From NCBI GenBank assembly GCA_017794945.1, contig CP051239.1, forward strand, positions 1,538,692 through 1,602,691: 64,000 nucleotides of DNA, given 5' to 3'. The translations under genes were made by a program, and so were the position numbers. Positions 32,631 to 44,098 of the stretch are shown here, in pieces; within the stretch, counting starts at the first letter, position 1, and each line of letters begins with the position of its first letter. The notes below the pieces were generated by a model. The model worked only from the letters and a program-made list of their open reading frames with translations. It was not told the origin of the DNA and did not search any database. The stretch is from Alcanivorax sp. (GTDB lineage Bacteria; Pseudomonadota; Gammaproteobacteria; Pseudomonadales; Alcanivoracaceae).

Positions 32631-33737
32631 ATGAATCGTGTACTGGTACTCGGCGGTGGCCAGCTCGGCCTGATGATGGCGGAGGCCGCCGCCCGCCTGG
32701 GCCTGGTGGTGGACCGTTACGACCCGGAGCGCGCCCTGCTGCTGCCCGGCACCTCCGATCTGGCGGTGCCGATCACCTGGGAAGAGTGCCTGGAGCGCTA
32801 CCCGGTGGTCACCGTGGAGCGCGAGGCGTTCCCCGACAGCGGCCTGTCCGCGCGGCTGGCGGCCAGTGACCGCTGCGTGGCGCGCGGCGCCCTGGCGGTG
32901 ATCCCGGACCGCTACACGCAGAAATCGATGCTCGATGAATTGGGCATCGCCACCGCCCCCTGGCGCAACCTGGACCGGGTCGAGGATCTGGCGGACGCCG
33001 CCGCCGAGTTCGGCGGGGTGGTGGTGAAGGCGCGCAGCGGCGGCTACGACGGCCGCGGCACCTGGATCGTCGGCGACGGCGGCGACCTGTCCGCGGTGCC
33101 GGCGGAGGAGCTGGCCGGGCGCGCCATCGTCGAGAAGAAGATTCCGTTCCGTCGCGAGCTGTCCATCGTCGGCGCCCGCAACCCGGCCGGCGAGACCCTG
33201 TTCTACCCGCTCACCCGCAACTGGCACGTGGACGGCATCCTGCGCCTGAGCCTGGCGCCGGCCAACGCCAGCGCCGCGCTGCAGCCGGAGGCGGAGAACA
33301 TCCTGCGGCGAATCATGGAAAAGCTGGATTACGCCGGCGTCATGGCGGTGGAGTTCTTCGAGGAAGACGGCCGCCTGCTGGTCAACGAGATCGCGCCCCG
33401 GGTGCACAACTCCGGCCACTGGACCCACGAGGGCGCCGACTGGTCGCAGTTCGATCTGCACGTGCACGCCCTGGCCGGCGTACCGCTGCACTCGCTCAAC
33501 GTGCACGGCCCCAGCGCCATGGTGAACCTGATCGGCACGCCCTTTGACCAGGCCTGGCTGCAGCACCCGGGCGTGGTGCACTGGTACGGCAAGAGCGTGC
33601 GTCCGGGCCGCAAGGTGGGCCACGCCAACCTGGTGGCGCCAACCCTGGAAGGCCTGCGCAACGGCCTGAACGCCTGGGCCGACGTGCTGCCGGAAGGCTT
33701 TGAGGCGATCCTCGACTCGGAGCTGGCGCTGGACTGA
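32631..33737 (+). CDS. purK: N5-CAIR synthase
   Basis: LGGGQLG, GYDGRG, NEIAPRVHNSGH, RPGRKVGH. Confidence 0.95.
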   Translation: MNRVLVLGGGQLGLMMAEAAARLGLVVDRYDPERALLLPGTSDLAVPITWEECLERYPVVTVEREAFPDSGLSARLAASDRCVARGALAVIPDRYTQKSMLDELGIATAPWRNLDRVEDLADAAAEFGGVVVKARSGGYDGRGTWIVGDGGDLSAVPAEELAGRAIVEKKIPFRRELSIVGARNPAGETLFYPLTRNWHVDGILRLSLAPANASAALQPEAENILRRIMEKLDYAGVMAVEFFEEDGRLLVNEIAPRVHNSGHWTHEGADWSQFDLHVHALAGVPLHSLNVHGPSAMVNLIGTPFDQAWLQHPGVVHWYGKSVRPGRKVGHANLVAPTLEGLRNGLNAWADVLPEGFEAILDSELALD

Positions 33738-33765
33738 AGGTCCTCACCCACCCTGGCCGTAAAGA

Positions 33766-33790
33766 AAACGCCCCGCGAATGCGGGGCGTT
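33766..33790. terminator. Terminator between purK and the convergent hydrolase gene
   Basis: AACGCCCCGC-gaat-GCGGGGCGTT. Confidence 0.75.
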
Positions 33791-34130
33791 GTCGTTCAGG
33801 GGTTGGAACGAGCGTTTACGGAGGGGTGCAGGCCGGTAGACCTGGCCGATCCACCGTGGAATACGCGCAGCCGAAGTTGCTTGCGGCCACAGCCTCTTCG
33901 TCGAGGAAGTCGTCGCCGCCGGGCATCGGTCCGCCCTGTTCCCAGGCCACCATGTCCTCAAAGGCGTTGATCTGCTCATCCAGGGTGAAGTCGCAATGGG
34001 AGGGTGAGCGGATCGCCCGCTGCACCAGCCAGCCGCCATTGCCGTTGGCCTCGGCCCGTTTACGATAGATTTTGCCGTGCTCGAAGGGCACATACAGGTC
34101 GCCCAGACCCTGTAGATACTCTGTTAGAAC

Positions 34131-35123
34131 TCAAGCTTTCAGATGCTCTTCACTGAAGAGCATCGCTGAATCAAAAGCAGTCTCTGTCTGTATGCAGGCC
34201 CACAAACCAGTGAGGTACTTCCGCATCACGGCGCATAGGGCCTGGATCTTCTTTTTGCCCCGTGACACAAGGGCGTCGTAAAAGGCCTTCACCCGCGGGT
34301 CGTGCTGGACGGCGCTCATGGCTGGCATGTACAAGGCCGCCCGGAGATAAGCATTACCCGCCTTGCTCAAGCGCGCTGGCCGATTGACGCTGCTGCCCGA
34401 CTGCGTCAATCGGACATCCAGGCCTGCAAAACGACTGACTTGCGGGGCTTTCAGACTGGAAGGCAGCACACACAGCTCCGCCAGTACGATCAGGGCGGTG
34501 GCCTTACCAACGCCTTTGGCGGCACACATATGGGTAAGGTACCGGGACAGGGTTTCACACTCCGCGATCAGCGCCAGCGCCGCCTGGCTCAGCCGTTCAA
34601 TGCGCCTATCCAGGTAGGCGATACCCTCTTGTTCGTCCTCAACCAGTAGGGACCGGGTCGAGTTCTTGGCCTGTAGGGCATGCAGCCGGTTCTTGGCTTG
34701 GGTCCGGGTACCGGTCAAGCGGTTGATCTGCCGCCCGATATCGCGCAGCGCCAGCCGGACCTCATCGGGAGGTGTCCACAGCGAGGGCTCGATGCGTTCA
34801 CCGTATTCCGCCAGCAAGGCGGCATCGACCCCGTCGGTCTTGCTCCCGGCCAACTTCAGTTTAGCGAAGTGGTGGAAGCTTTTGGGATTGATGACTGCCA
34901 CCGGCAGCCCTGCTTGCACCAAGGCTACCGCCAAATCAAAGTAGTAGATTCCCGTCGCTTCCATAGTGATGAGCGTGGGCTTGAGGTTGTGGAGGCGCTT
35001 GATCGCTTTGGCGTGCCCCTGGGGCGATTGCGAGAACGACTCCACCTTGGAAGCCTTGCCTCCCTTGCGGTTCACCAGATCAAAGGTTTTCGCCGCAATA
35101 TCTACGCCCACAAACACACTCAT
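34131..35123 (-). CDS. IS110 DEDD recombinase/transposase (330 aa)
   Basis: VGVDIA, MEATG, KTDGVDA (DEDD); C-terminal Tnp domain with QSGSS serine and SKAGNAYLRAALY; ATG 35123 after GAGGAAGGG. Confidence 0.95.
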   Translation of the reverse strand: MSVFVGVDIAAKTFDLVNRKGGKASKVESFSQSPQGHAKAIKRLHNLKPTLITMEATGIYYFDLAVALVQAGLPVAVINPKSFHHFAKLKLAGSKTDGVDAALLAEYGERIEPSLWTPPDEVRLALRDIGRQINRLTGTRTQAKNRLHALQAKNSTRSLLVEDEQEGIAYLDRRIERLSQAALALIAECETLSRYLTHMCAAKGVGKATALIVLAELCVLPSSLKAPQVSRFAGLDVRLTQSGSSVNRPARLSKAGNAYLRAALYMPAMSAVQHDPRVKAFYDALVSRGKKKIQALCAVMRKYLTGLWACIQTETAFDSAMLFSEEHLKA

Positions 35124-35159
35124 ACCCTTCCTCTCGCATCGACATCTATTCCACAATAG

Positions 35160-35350
35160 CCACCGGTTCCCCGACCTCGCACTTGATACTGCCTCGACCT
35201 TGCGATACGAAGTCCGGCCAATCCGGCTTCTTGATACTCTTCGAGGTTGGTAATGAGGCGGGGAGCCACTCTACATACGAGGTCAGTCAACACTGCCTCC
35301 AGGCTCAGACGGCCTCCCCGGTAACTGGTGGACAACCTTAACTGTTCATC
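35160..35350 (-). ncRNA. IS110 bridge RNA (target-binding and donor-binding loops); ends approximate
   Basis: Two stem/internal-loop/hairpin units whose loop guides match the flanking target and the element's circle junction (see findings). Confidence 0.82.
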
Positions 35351-36709
35351 GGTATTGAACATACAAGGCTCACGACCGGAATGTTGAATTCCCCGTTGAT
35401 CACCGGAATCCAGCGCAAGCCGTCGGAGCGACGGGCATTGGCGGATGGGTTGTCCTCCACGCGCAGGATGGTGTCGTTGAACGCCTGTTCCTCGGCAGTG
35501 AGCGTGGGAGCATTATCGAACTGATACTCGACGCCAGCGTTGCCGGTCAGCTCTTCCGCGAGGATGCCGTTAACAGTGCCATCCCTGCCGCCCGTGCCCA
35601 TTACGGTCCCCCACAGGGCGGTGCGGAAACCGATATCGGCGATCGGACGTTCGCCGCCGGTGAGGTGCCGGAACAGCGCCTGCATCTTCTCGCCTTCTTC
35701 ACTAAGGACGCCTAACGAGACGCCCGCTGGCGGGGTGTCCCACACCACGTCGTTGATGGCGTCGATGTCGAAGTTAGTGGCGGGGATAGCTTCCAGGGGC
35801 GGCGCGCTCGGGTCCACCGTGTGTGCGAAGTGCTGCGCTGCCATGGTCGCCTGGGTGAGATATTGGAACTCGTAGGTGTCACCCACTACGCCACAGATCG
35901 GCACGGCGCCGTGGTACTGCACCGGGTTGTTGGCGGTGGCCAGGGTTTCGTCCTCGATGGCGGCGGCGGTGACATGGCCGCCCATGGAGTGGCCGATAAT
36001 GTAGAGGCGGTCCGGGTCGGCGAGGCCGGTGATGTCGGTGAACGCCAGCGCCAGTTCGTTGGTGTCCTCGACGCCGGTGCGCACGTCGTAGAAGTTCGTG
36101 GAGTAGCTGGAGGCGGCCCAGGCGTAGCCGTTATCCAGCAGCCACTGGCGAATGCTGGGGTTGCCGACGGTGAGTTCGGAACCCTCGCCCCGGTAGCCGT
36201 GGGCGTACATCACCAGGCGGCCGTTCCAGGCGGCCGGAACCTCAATGCGGTAGCTGGCGCCGTTGGGGCGGATGCCGGACCACTGTTCGGCGTCATCGTG
36301 GCCGGTGACGCCGCCTTCCGCGTCGAAGGCGGCGGCCTGGGTTTCGCTGGCGGTGAAAGTGCGGGTGTCCTGGACGCGCGCCGGTTGTGACGGCTCGCCG
36401 ACGCCGGAGCTGCTGCTGTCGCCGCCGCAGCCGGCCAGCAACCCGGCGCTCAGCAGGCCGGCCAGAAGCCCGATCCTGGGTATTGTGAAATGGGTGCTCA
36501 TTGCTGCTCTCCCTGTTTTATTGGAATTGTGGGTCTTTTGTTCTTTGTGTTTCGCTATGCGAAATAGCTTTCTAAAAGAAAGCAGCGGTTAATATCCGCC
36601 CGATGAATAAAAGCTGTCAATAACCTGAGAGGCCGAACGGGGAATTTGAGAGGTGGTCGTGAAGGCGCCTTGTGGGCGCTTGCCGGGTGGCTGAAAGCCA
36701 CCCTTTCGC

Positions 36710-36735
36710 GGGCTGGGCCCGATCAGGCCCAGCCC
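36710..36735. terminator. GC hairpin downstream of the second hydrolase gene
   Basis: GGGCTGGGCC-cgatca-GGCCCAGCCC. Confidence 0.5.
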
Positions 36736-36747
36736 GAACCGTCAGGG

Positions 36748-38532
36748 TTAGAAGTCGACGCGCTGGAGCACCAGGTCGGTGACCTGGACGGTGCCGGCGG
36801 GGGTCTGGTCGAAGGCCAGCTCGATGGCGTTGAGGTTGGTGAAATCCACACCTTCGAACGCGGTCAGCGGAATGTCCACGGCGTTGAGCGTGGTCTTCTG
36901 CGAACCGTGGTTGGTCTCGTCGTAGAATTCCCGGCCCGGCGGGTAGAACAGGCTTTCGGTGTAGTCGCTGGCCAGGGCGGACACGCGGTTGCCGTCCATG
37001 TCCTCGAGGATCACCTGGAAGTCCTGGCCGGCGGTGTTGTCGGCGTCGCCGTGGGACACGCCCACGCGCACCGACAGCACCTGGTAGTCGACAGCGTTCA
37101 CGCCCAGCAATTCGGAGCGGTAGGTGGCCGCGGTGTCCCAGGCCATGAACAGCTGTTCGGCGATATTGAAGGTGGGGATGGCCACGTCGCAGCCCTCGCC
37201 GGGCCGGCCGTTGGTCTGGCAGATGCCGAACGAGGAGAAGCCGTCGAAGCGCACCGCGCCGCCCAGGTTGTTGGTGGTCAGGCTGGCCGGGTCCAGGGTG
37301 TCGTCGATCACCAGGCGGTCCGCCGCCGGGGCGTGGATGCTCAGCAGATAACGGTCGTCGCAGGGGCCGGTGCCGTCCGGGCAGGTGTTGCCGGGCACCG
37401 AGGTCTGGCCGTTCCAGTAGGCGCCGAACTCTTCTTCGCCGCCGATGAAGTAGCGGAAGAACGAAGCGATGAAGAACAGGCCCTGGGCCTGCTGCACTTC
37501 CGGCGTGTCGCGGCCGTTACCGGCGGCGTTCTCGCCGCACCAGGGGTCGTCGCCGTCGCTGTCGAGGATGGTCCAGTCGTCGGGGCGGGTGTCAGTGGTC
37601 CAGACCGTGTTGTAGTAGTTGTGGTTGGCGCCCATGGGAATCAGCTGGAACTTGGGATAGGGGTCGTTATCCACGGCGTAGCGGCTGGTGTCGTAGGCGA
37701 AGTTGCCCATCAGATCCTCCACGTCGCCGTCGCAGTAGCCGGCCAGGGCCAGGAAGGTGACGTTGCTGACCGTCTGGGTGTTGTAGTCGGTGGGCGCCAG
37801 CGAGAACACCGCGGTGATGTTGTGCGGCTCGGGCTGGTTGCGGTTGTAGATCACGGTCTGATTCACGCCTTCACCGCCGCGGGAGTGGCCCATGATGCCG
37901 ATTTCGCTCATGTCCAGTTTGCCGGTCAGCATGTCCAGGCTGTTGCCGCCGGAGGCGTTGATGGTGCGGAATTCGTCCAGGTGACGCACCACCAGCATGG
38001 ACCGGGCGAGTGCCCCGGTGTCGCCGTTGCTTGGGCCGCTGTCGTTATCGTTGATGTCGTTGGCGTCCACGGAAATCACCGCGTAGCCGTGGCTGGCCAG
38101 ATTGCGGGAGATGTATTCGTAACCCCGGTAGCTGGGGATCGGGTTGGCGCAATCGTCGTCGTCGATCCCCCAGCCGTCGTAGCAGGTGCCGTGGCGGCCG
38201 TGCAGGAAAAGCACCACCGGGAAGGGGCCGGTCTGACCCTCGGGGTACTGGATGTAGCCGTGGATGTCGGTGTCGTAGCTGTCCCCGTTTTTGTTGTCCA
38301 TGACGGTCATGCGGCCAAAGTTGTATTCCTCTTCGGCGACGGTGAACGGACCGGCGGTGGAGGGGTCCGCTGCCACGCCGGTGCTTACGGCGTCCGGGGT
38401 GGTCTTGGCGTCGGGTGTGTCTTCCACGTAGGAGGATGAAGAGTCGCCTCCGCAGCCGGCAAGGAACAGAAAGGCCGACAGGAAGACCAGACCCAGCCCG
38501 TTTCCGGGCAGAGAACGAAAGGTGCTGCTCAT
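36748..38532 (-). CDS. Lipoprotein alpha/beta-hydrolase (chlorophyllase/PAF-AH-like) with C-terminal beta domain
   Basis: Lipobox LAGC; GPFPVVLFLHGRH, LASHGYAVISVD, nucleophile GHSRGG, GANHN. Confidence 0.8.
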   Translation of the reverse strand: MSSTFRSLPGNGLGLVFLSAFLFLAGCGGDSSSSYVEDTPDAKTTPDAVSTGVAADPSTAGPFTVAEEEYNFGRMTVMDNKNGDSYDTDIHGYIQYPEGQTGPFPVVLFLHGRHGTCYDGWGIDDDDCANPIPSYRGYEYISRNLASHGYAVISVDANDINDNDSGPSNGDTGALARSMLVVRHLDEFRTINASGGNSLDMLTGKLDMSEIGIMGHSRGGEGVNQTVIYNRNQPEPHNITAVFSLAPTDYNTQTVSNVTFLALAGYCDGDVEDLMGNFAYDTSRYAVDNDPYPKFQLIPMGANHNYYNTVWTTDTRPDDWTILDSDGDDPWCGENAAGNGRDTPEVQQAQGLFFIASFFRYFIGGEEEFGAYWNGQTSVPGNTCPDGTGPCDDRYLLSIHAPAADRLVIDDTLDPASLTTNNLGGAVRFDGFSSFGICQTNGRPGEGCDVAIPTFNIAEQLFMAWDTAATYRSELLGVNAVDYQVLSVRVGVSHGDADNTAGQDFQVILEDMDGNRVSALASDYTESLFYPPGREFYDETNHGSQKTTLNAVDIPLTAFEGVDFTNLNAIELAFDQTPAGTVQVTDLVLQRVDF

Positions 38533-38753
38533 AATGTTTTCCCCTTGAAGGTAAGGCGGCAAGTGTCCAATCAGGACGGGCGTACTCAGGCAAGTTGAGT
38601 GCCACCGGCCTCGCGGGAAGGTATTTGAGTTTACTTAATTGATGTAAAAGTGATTGTTTTATAGGGGTATTTTTAATTGTAAAAAGCGTTGGGAGAGTGA
38701 AGATCAGGTGATGAAAGCGTCCGTTGCGGGACGATCCGTACCGTTCCAGGCAC

Positions 38754-38780
38754 AAAAAAAGGGCGCCGGTGGGGCGCCCT
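38754..38780 (-). terminator. Terminator after ridA
   Basis: Minus strand AGGGCGCC-loop-GGCGCCCT followed by a T-run. Confidence 0.8.
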
Positions 38781-38808
38781 CTGGCGTCGTTTTGGTGCGC
38801 GGCGCCGG

Positions 38809-39195
38809 TCAGGCGATATCCATCACCGCGTCCATTTCCACCTCGGCGCCCTTGGGCAGCGCGGCCACGCCGATGGCGGCACGGGCCGGGTAGGGCTCCT
38901 GGAAGTATTCTTTCATGATCTCGTTGACCAGATTGAAATGGCTCAGGTCGGTGAGAAAGATGTTCAGTTTGACGATGTCGTGCAGGGCGCCCCCGGCCGC
39001 GTCACAGACCGCGCTGAGGTTATCGAAGACACGCCGTACCTGGGCGTCCATGCCGCCGCCGACCAGTTCCATGGTGGCCGGGTCCAGCGGGATCTGGCCG
39101 GACAGGTAGACGGTGGAGCCGGCCTTGATGGCCTGGGAGTACGGACCGATGGCGGCGGGCGCCCGGTCGGTTTTGATCACGGAACGATTGGACAT
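38809..39195 (-). CDS. ridA: RidA/YjgF enamine deaminase
   Basis: [35 protein letters not shown]. Confidence 0.93.
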   Translation of the reverse strand: MSNRSVIKTDRAPAAIGPYSQAIKAGSTVYLSGQIPLDPATMELVGGGMDAQVRRVFDNLSAVCDAAGGALHDIVKLNIFLTDLSHFNLVNEIMKEYFQEPYPARAAIGVAALPKGAEVEMDAVMDIA

Positions 39196-39208
39196 GCTGC
39201 TGTTTCCT

Positions 39209-41323
39209 TCAGGCACTGATGCGGTGAATCCTCACAACATTGTCCACGGTGCGCAACCGCTTGATGATGCGCGCCAGGTGGACCCGGTGTTTCACGGTGA
39301 GGGTGACGTTGATGATCGACAGGGTGGGGTCTTTGCCGGCCATGTCGATGGTGTCGATGTTGGAGCCCAGCTCGGAGACCACGTTGGCCAGGGTCGCCAG
39401 CACGCCGCGTTTGTTGACCAGCTCGATGCGCAGCGCGGCGGTGAATTCCTGCTCCACGTCCTTGTCCCAGTTCAGCGGAATGCATTTTTCCGGCGCGTCG
39501 CGCATTTCCGCGAGCAAATTCTTGCAGGTGTCGCGGTGCACCACGATGCCCTTGCCGGCGCTCAGGTGGCCGATCACGGTGTCGCCGGGCAGCGGGTAGC
39601 AGCATTTGGCGTAGGTCACCATCAGCCCTTCGCTGCCGCGAATCGCCAGGGGCAGGCGGTCGTCCTCCGGGTCGCGGTTCTCGCCACGGGCACCGGCCAG
39701 CTTGCGCGCCACCAGCGGCGCCAGCCGGTTGCCCATGCCGATGTCCTCGAGCAGTTCGTCCACGGTGCCGTAGTGGTTGTTGTTCAGTTCCTGTTGCAGG
39801 GTTTTTTCCGACAACAGCGACAGATCCAGCTGGTAGGGGATCAGCGCTTTCTCCAGCAGCCGCTGGCCCAGCTCGGCGGCGTCCTCGCGGCGTTGCTGCT
39901 TGAGGAAGTGGCGAATGTTGGAGCGCGCCTTGCCGGTCACCACGAAATTCAGCCAGCCCGGGTTGGGGGTGGCGTTGGGGGCGGTGATGATCTTCACCGT
40001 CTGGCCGGATTCCAGCGGCGTGGACAGCGCCGCCAGCTTGCCGTCGATGCGCGCCGCCACGCAGCGGGTGCCCACCTTGGTGTGCACCGCGTAGGCGAAG
40101 TCCACCGGTGTGGCGCCGGCCGGCAGCTCCTTGATGTCGCCCTTGGGCGTGAACACGTAGGCTTCGTCCGGGAACAGGTCCACCTTCACGTTCTCGATGA
40201 ATTCCATGGAGTTGCCGGCCTTCTGCTGGATTTCCAGCAGCCGCTGCATCCAGGATTGGGCCCGCGTGTGCGTGGGTGAGCCGGGCTCGTCGTGGGACTT
40301 GTACAGCCAGTGGGCGGCGATGCCGTTGTTGGCCATCGCTTCCATTTCCTCGGTGCGGATCTGAATCTCCAGAGGAATGCCGGAATGCGCTTTCAGGGTG
40401 GTGTGCAGCGACTGATAGCCGTTGGCCTTGGGAATCGCCACGTAGTCCTTGAAGCGGCCGGGAATCGGAATGAAGTGATTGTGCACCGCGCCCAGCACCC
40501 GGTAGCAGGTGTCCACCCGGTCGACGATGATGCGGAAGCCGAACACGTCCATGATGTCCGCGAACGGCTTATGCTGTTCCTTCATCTTCTGGTAGATGCT
40601 GTACAGATGCTTTTCCCGGCCCAGCACCCGGGCCTGGATGCCCTCTTCCTCGAGGCTGCGCTCCAGGCTGGTCTTGATCGAGGAGAGAATCTCACGGCGG
40701 TTGCCGCGCGCCGATTGCACCGCCTTGCCGATCAGCCGCGCGCGCATCGGGTGGATATTGTGGAAGGCGAGATCCTCGTACTCCACGCGCATGTTGTACA
40801 TGCCCAGCCGGAACGCGATCGGGGCGTAGATCTCCAGGGTTTCCGTGGCGATGCGCTTGCGCTTCTCGGCGCGCATCACATGCAGGGTGCGCATGTTGTG
40901 CAGACGGTCGGCCAGCTTCACCAGGATCACGCGGATGTCGCGGGTCATGGCCAGCATCATCTTGCGCAGATTCTCGGCCTGCTGCTCCGCTTTCGATTCG
41001 AACTTGATCTGGGCGATCTTGGAGACCCCGTCCACCAGCTCGGCGACTTCCTCGCTGAACGCCTCGGCGAGCTGCTCCTTGGAGACGCCGGTGTCCTCGA
41101 TCACGTCATGCAGCATGGCCGCCATCAGCGAGGCGTAGTCCATGTGCATGTCCACCAGGATGTTCGCCACCGCCAGCGGATGCGTAATATAGGGGTCCCC
41201 GCTTCGCCGGTACTGGCCCTCGTGGGCTTTCTCGGCAAAATAGTAGGCGCGAACCACCTGTGAAATTTGCTCTTCCGTCAGGTAGCTGCGTAACCGTTTT
41301 TTCAGGTTGTTGATCGAGGGCAA
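39209..41323 (-). CDS. spoT: Bifunctional (p)ppGpp hydrolase/synthetase
   Basis: Intact HD motif (LHDVIEDT), [20 protein letters not shown] and ACT domains; follows rpoZ. Confidence 0.96.
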   Translation of the reverse strand: MPSINNLKKRLRSYLTEEQISQVVRAYYFAEKAHEGQYRRSGDPYITHPLAVANILVDMHMDYASLMAAMLHDVIEDTGVSKEQLAEAFSEEVAELVDGVSKIAQIKFESKAEQQAENLRKMMLAMTRDIRVILVKLADRLHNMRTLHVMRAEKRKRIATETLEIYAPIAFRLGMYNMRVEYEDLAFHNIHPMRARLIGKAVQSARGNRREILSSIKTSLERSLEEEGIQARVLGREKHLYSIYQKMKEQHKPFADIMDVFGFRIIVDRVDTCYRVLGAVHNHFIPIPGRFKDYVAIPKANGYQSLHTTLKAHSGIPLEIQIRTEEMEAMANNGIAAHWLYKSHDEPGSPTHTRAQSWMQRLLEIQQKAGNSMEFIENVKVDLFPDEAYVFTPKGDIKELPAGATPVDFAYAVHTKVGTRCVAARIDGKLAALSTPLESGQTVKIITAPNATPNPGWLNFVVTGKARSNIRHFLKQQRREDAAELGQRLLEKALIPYQLDLSLLSEKTLQQELNNNHYGTVDELLEDIGMGNRLAPLVARKLAGARGENRDPEDDRLPLAIRGSEGLMVTYAKCCYPLPGDTVIGHLSAGKGIVVHRDTCKNLLAEMRDAPEKCIPLNWDKDVEQEFTAALRIELVNKRGVLATLANVVSELGSNIDTIDMAGKDPTLSIINVTLTVKHRVHLARIIKRLRTVDNVVRIHRISA

Positions 41324-41527
41324 GATTCCTCGCCACGCCGCCAGGGCGAATCGAAGTGAACGATAATTCCTAGCTTAGGTTTGGCGTGGTGATTTGTCTA
41401 CGTTATCGCCGTGAGCGCTTGAAAAGGCAGGGGTTTTCGGTCTGAAAGGCGGGCGCTATGAAGGCTTGTCAGGGAAGTGTTGCCGAACGAGGGGCGCGGC
41501 ATTGCGGCCCCTCACGTCACTTTGGCG

Positions 41528-41791
41528 TTACTCGCCGAACGACTGGGTCAGCATCGCCAGGTCGTCCACGTCCGCGCCCTGATCGGCGATCGGGTTTTCA
41601 ACCGATTCGGAGGTGACTTCCCCCGCGGCGATCTCGCGCAGCGCCACCACGGTGGGCTTGTCGTTTTCCCAGGCCACGCGCGGCTCCTTGCCGCCGGTCT
41701 GCAGCTGGCGGGCGCGCCGGCTGGATACCAGAACCAGCTCAAAGCGGTTATCCAGGTTTTCCAGGCAGTCTTCTACGGTTACACGGGCCAT
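41528..41791 (-). CDS. rpoZ: RNA polymerase omega subunit
   Basis: [32 protein letters not shown]. Confidence 0.97.
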   Translation of the reverse strand: MARVTVEDCLENLDNRFELVLVSSRRARQLQTGGKEPRVAWENDKPTVVALREIAAGEVTSESVENPIADQGADVDDLAMLTQSFGE

Positions 41792-41837
41792 GTCGATCTC
41801 CTATTGCGGGGGCGCGCACCTAGTGCGGCCCGCGATT

Positions 41838-43560
<1,723 letters not shown>

Positions 43561-43998
43561 TCAGGCACTGGCGGGGAGCAGCAGGCCCCGCAGTTCGGTG
43601 TCGTTGGTGATCAGTTCCGCCAGCGTGTAGCCGTCCAGCACCTGCAGAAACGCCTCCTGCGCCCGGCCCAGCACTTTTTTCAGGGTGCAGGCCGGGTCGA
43701 TCGGGCAGGACGAATTCTCCCCGAAGCATTCGAGCAGCTTCAGATTCTCGGTCTGCCTGACCACCTCGCCCACCGAGATCCGTTCCGGGTCGCCGGCCAG
43801 CACCAGGCCGCCGCCGCGCCCGCGCAGGCTCTTCACATAGCCCAGCCGCGTCAGTGTCTGCGCCACCTTGGCGATGTGGTTCGCCGAGATGCCGTAGCTC
43901 AGCGCGATTTCCTGCACCGTGGCCGGGGCCTTGTCGCGGGACAGCCCCAGATAGATCAGCAGACGCAGGGAGTAATCGGTGTGGGTCGTCAGTTGCAT
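43561..43998 (-). CDS. nsrR: Rrf2-family NO sensor NsrR
   Basis: MQLTTHTDYSLRLLIYL, RGRGGG, three Fe-S Cys (ECF..SCPIDPAC); divergent from hmp. Confidence 0.88.
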   Translation of the reverse strand: MQLTTHTDYSLRLLIYLGLSRDKAPATVQEIALSYGISANHIAKVAQTLTRLGYVKSLRGRGGGLVLAGDPERISVGEVVRQTENLKLLECFGENSSCPIDPACTLKKVLGRAQEAFLQVLDGYTLAELITNDTELRGLLLPASA

Positions 43999-44016
43999 AA
44001 AGTCGTTGACCGCTTT

Positions 44017-44070
44017 TAAAGAGGTATATAGTATTCCTGTTTAAAAGAGGTATGTAAAACGCCTCTTTTA
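44017..44070. promoter_or_regulatory. Tandem NsrR operator boxes
   Basis: AAAGAGGTAT-atagt-ATTCCTGTTT and AAAGAGGTAT-gtaaa-ACGCCTCTTT, 26 bp apart. Confidence 0.72.
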
Positions 44071-44098
44071 AGTCCGGAGCAACAGGAGACCTGGAATC

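Larger units (their letters stand above)
34114..35367 (-). mobile_element. IS110-family (IS621-like) insertion sequence, 1252 bp plus duplicated CT core
   Basis: CT core (AG on + strand) at 34114-15 and 35366-67; no terminal inverted repeats seen; excision restores the host ORF exactly. Confidence 0.93.
33816..36501 (-). pseudogene. Lipoprotein alpha/beta-hydrolase (477 aa when reconstituted) split by IS110
   Basis: 5' part 36501-35368 (lipobox LAGC, GHSMGG) joins 3' part 34115-33816 in frame as ..IPVVS-L-QGLGDLYVPF..PSHCDF once the IS is removed. Confidence 0.9.

Noticed and set aside
35120-35362. 80-aa ORF in the IS110 left end
   Set aside because: Coincides with the structured bridge RNA; no RBS or recognisable protein features
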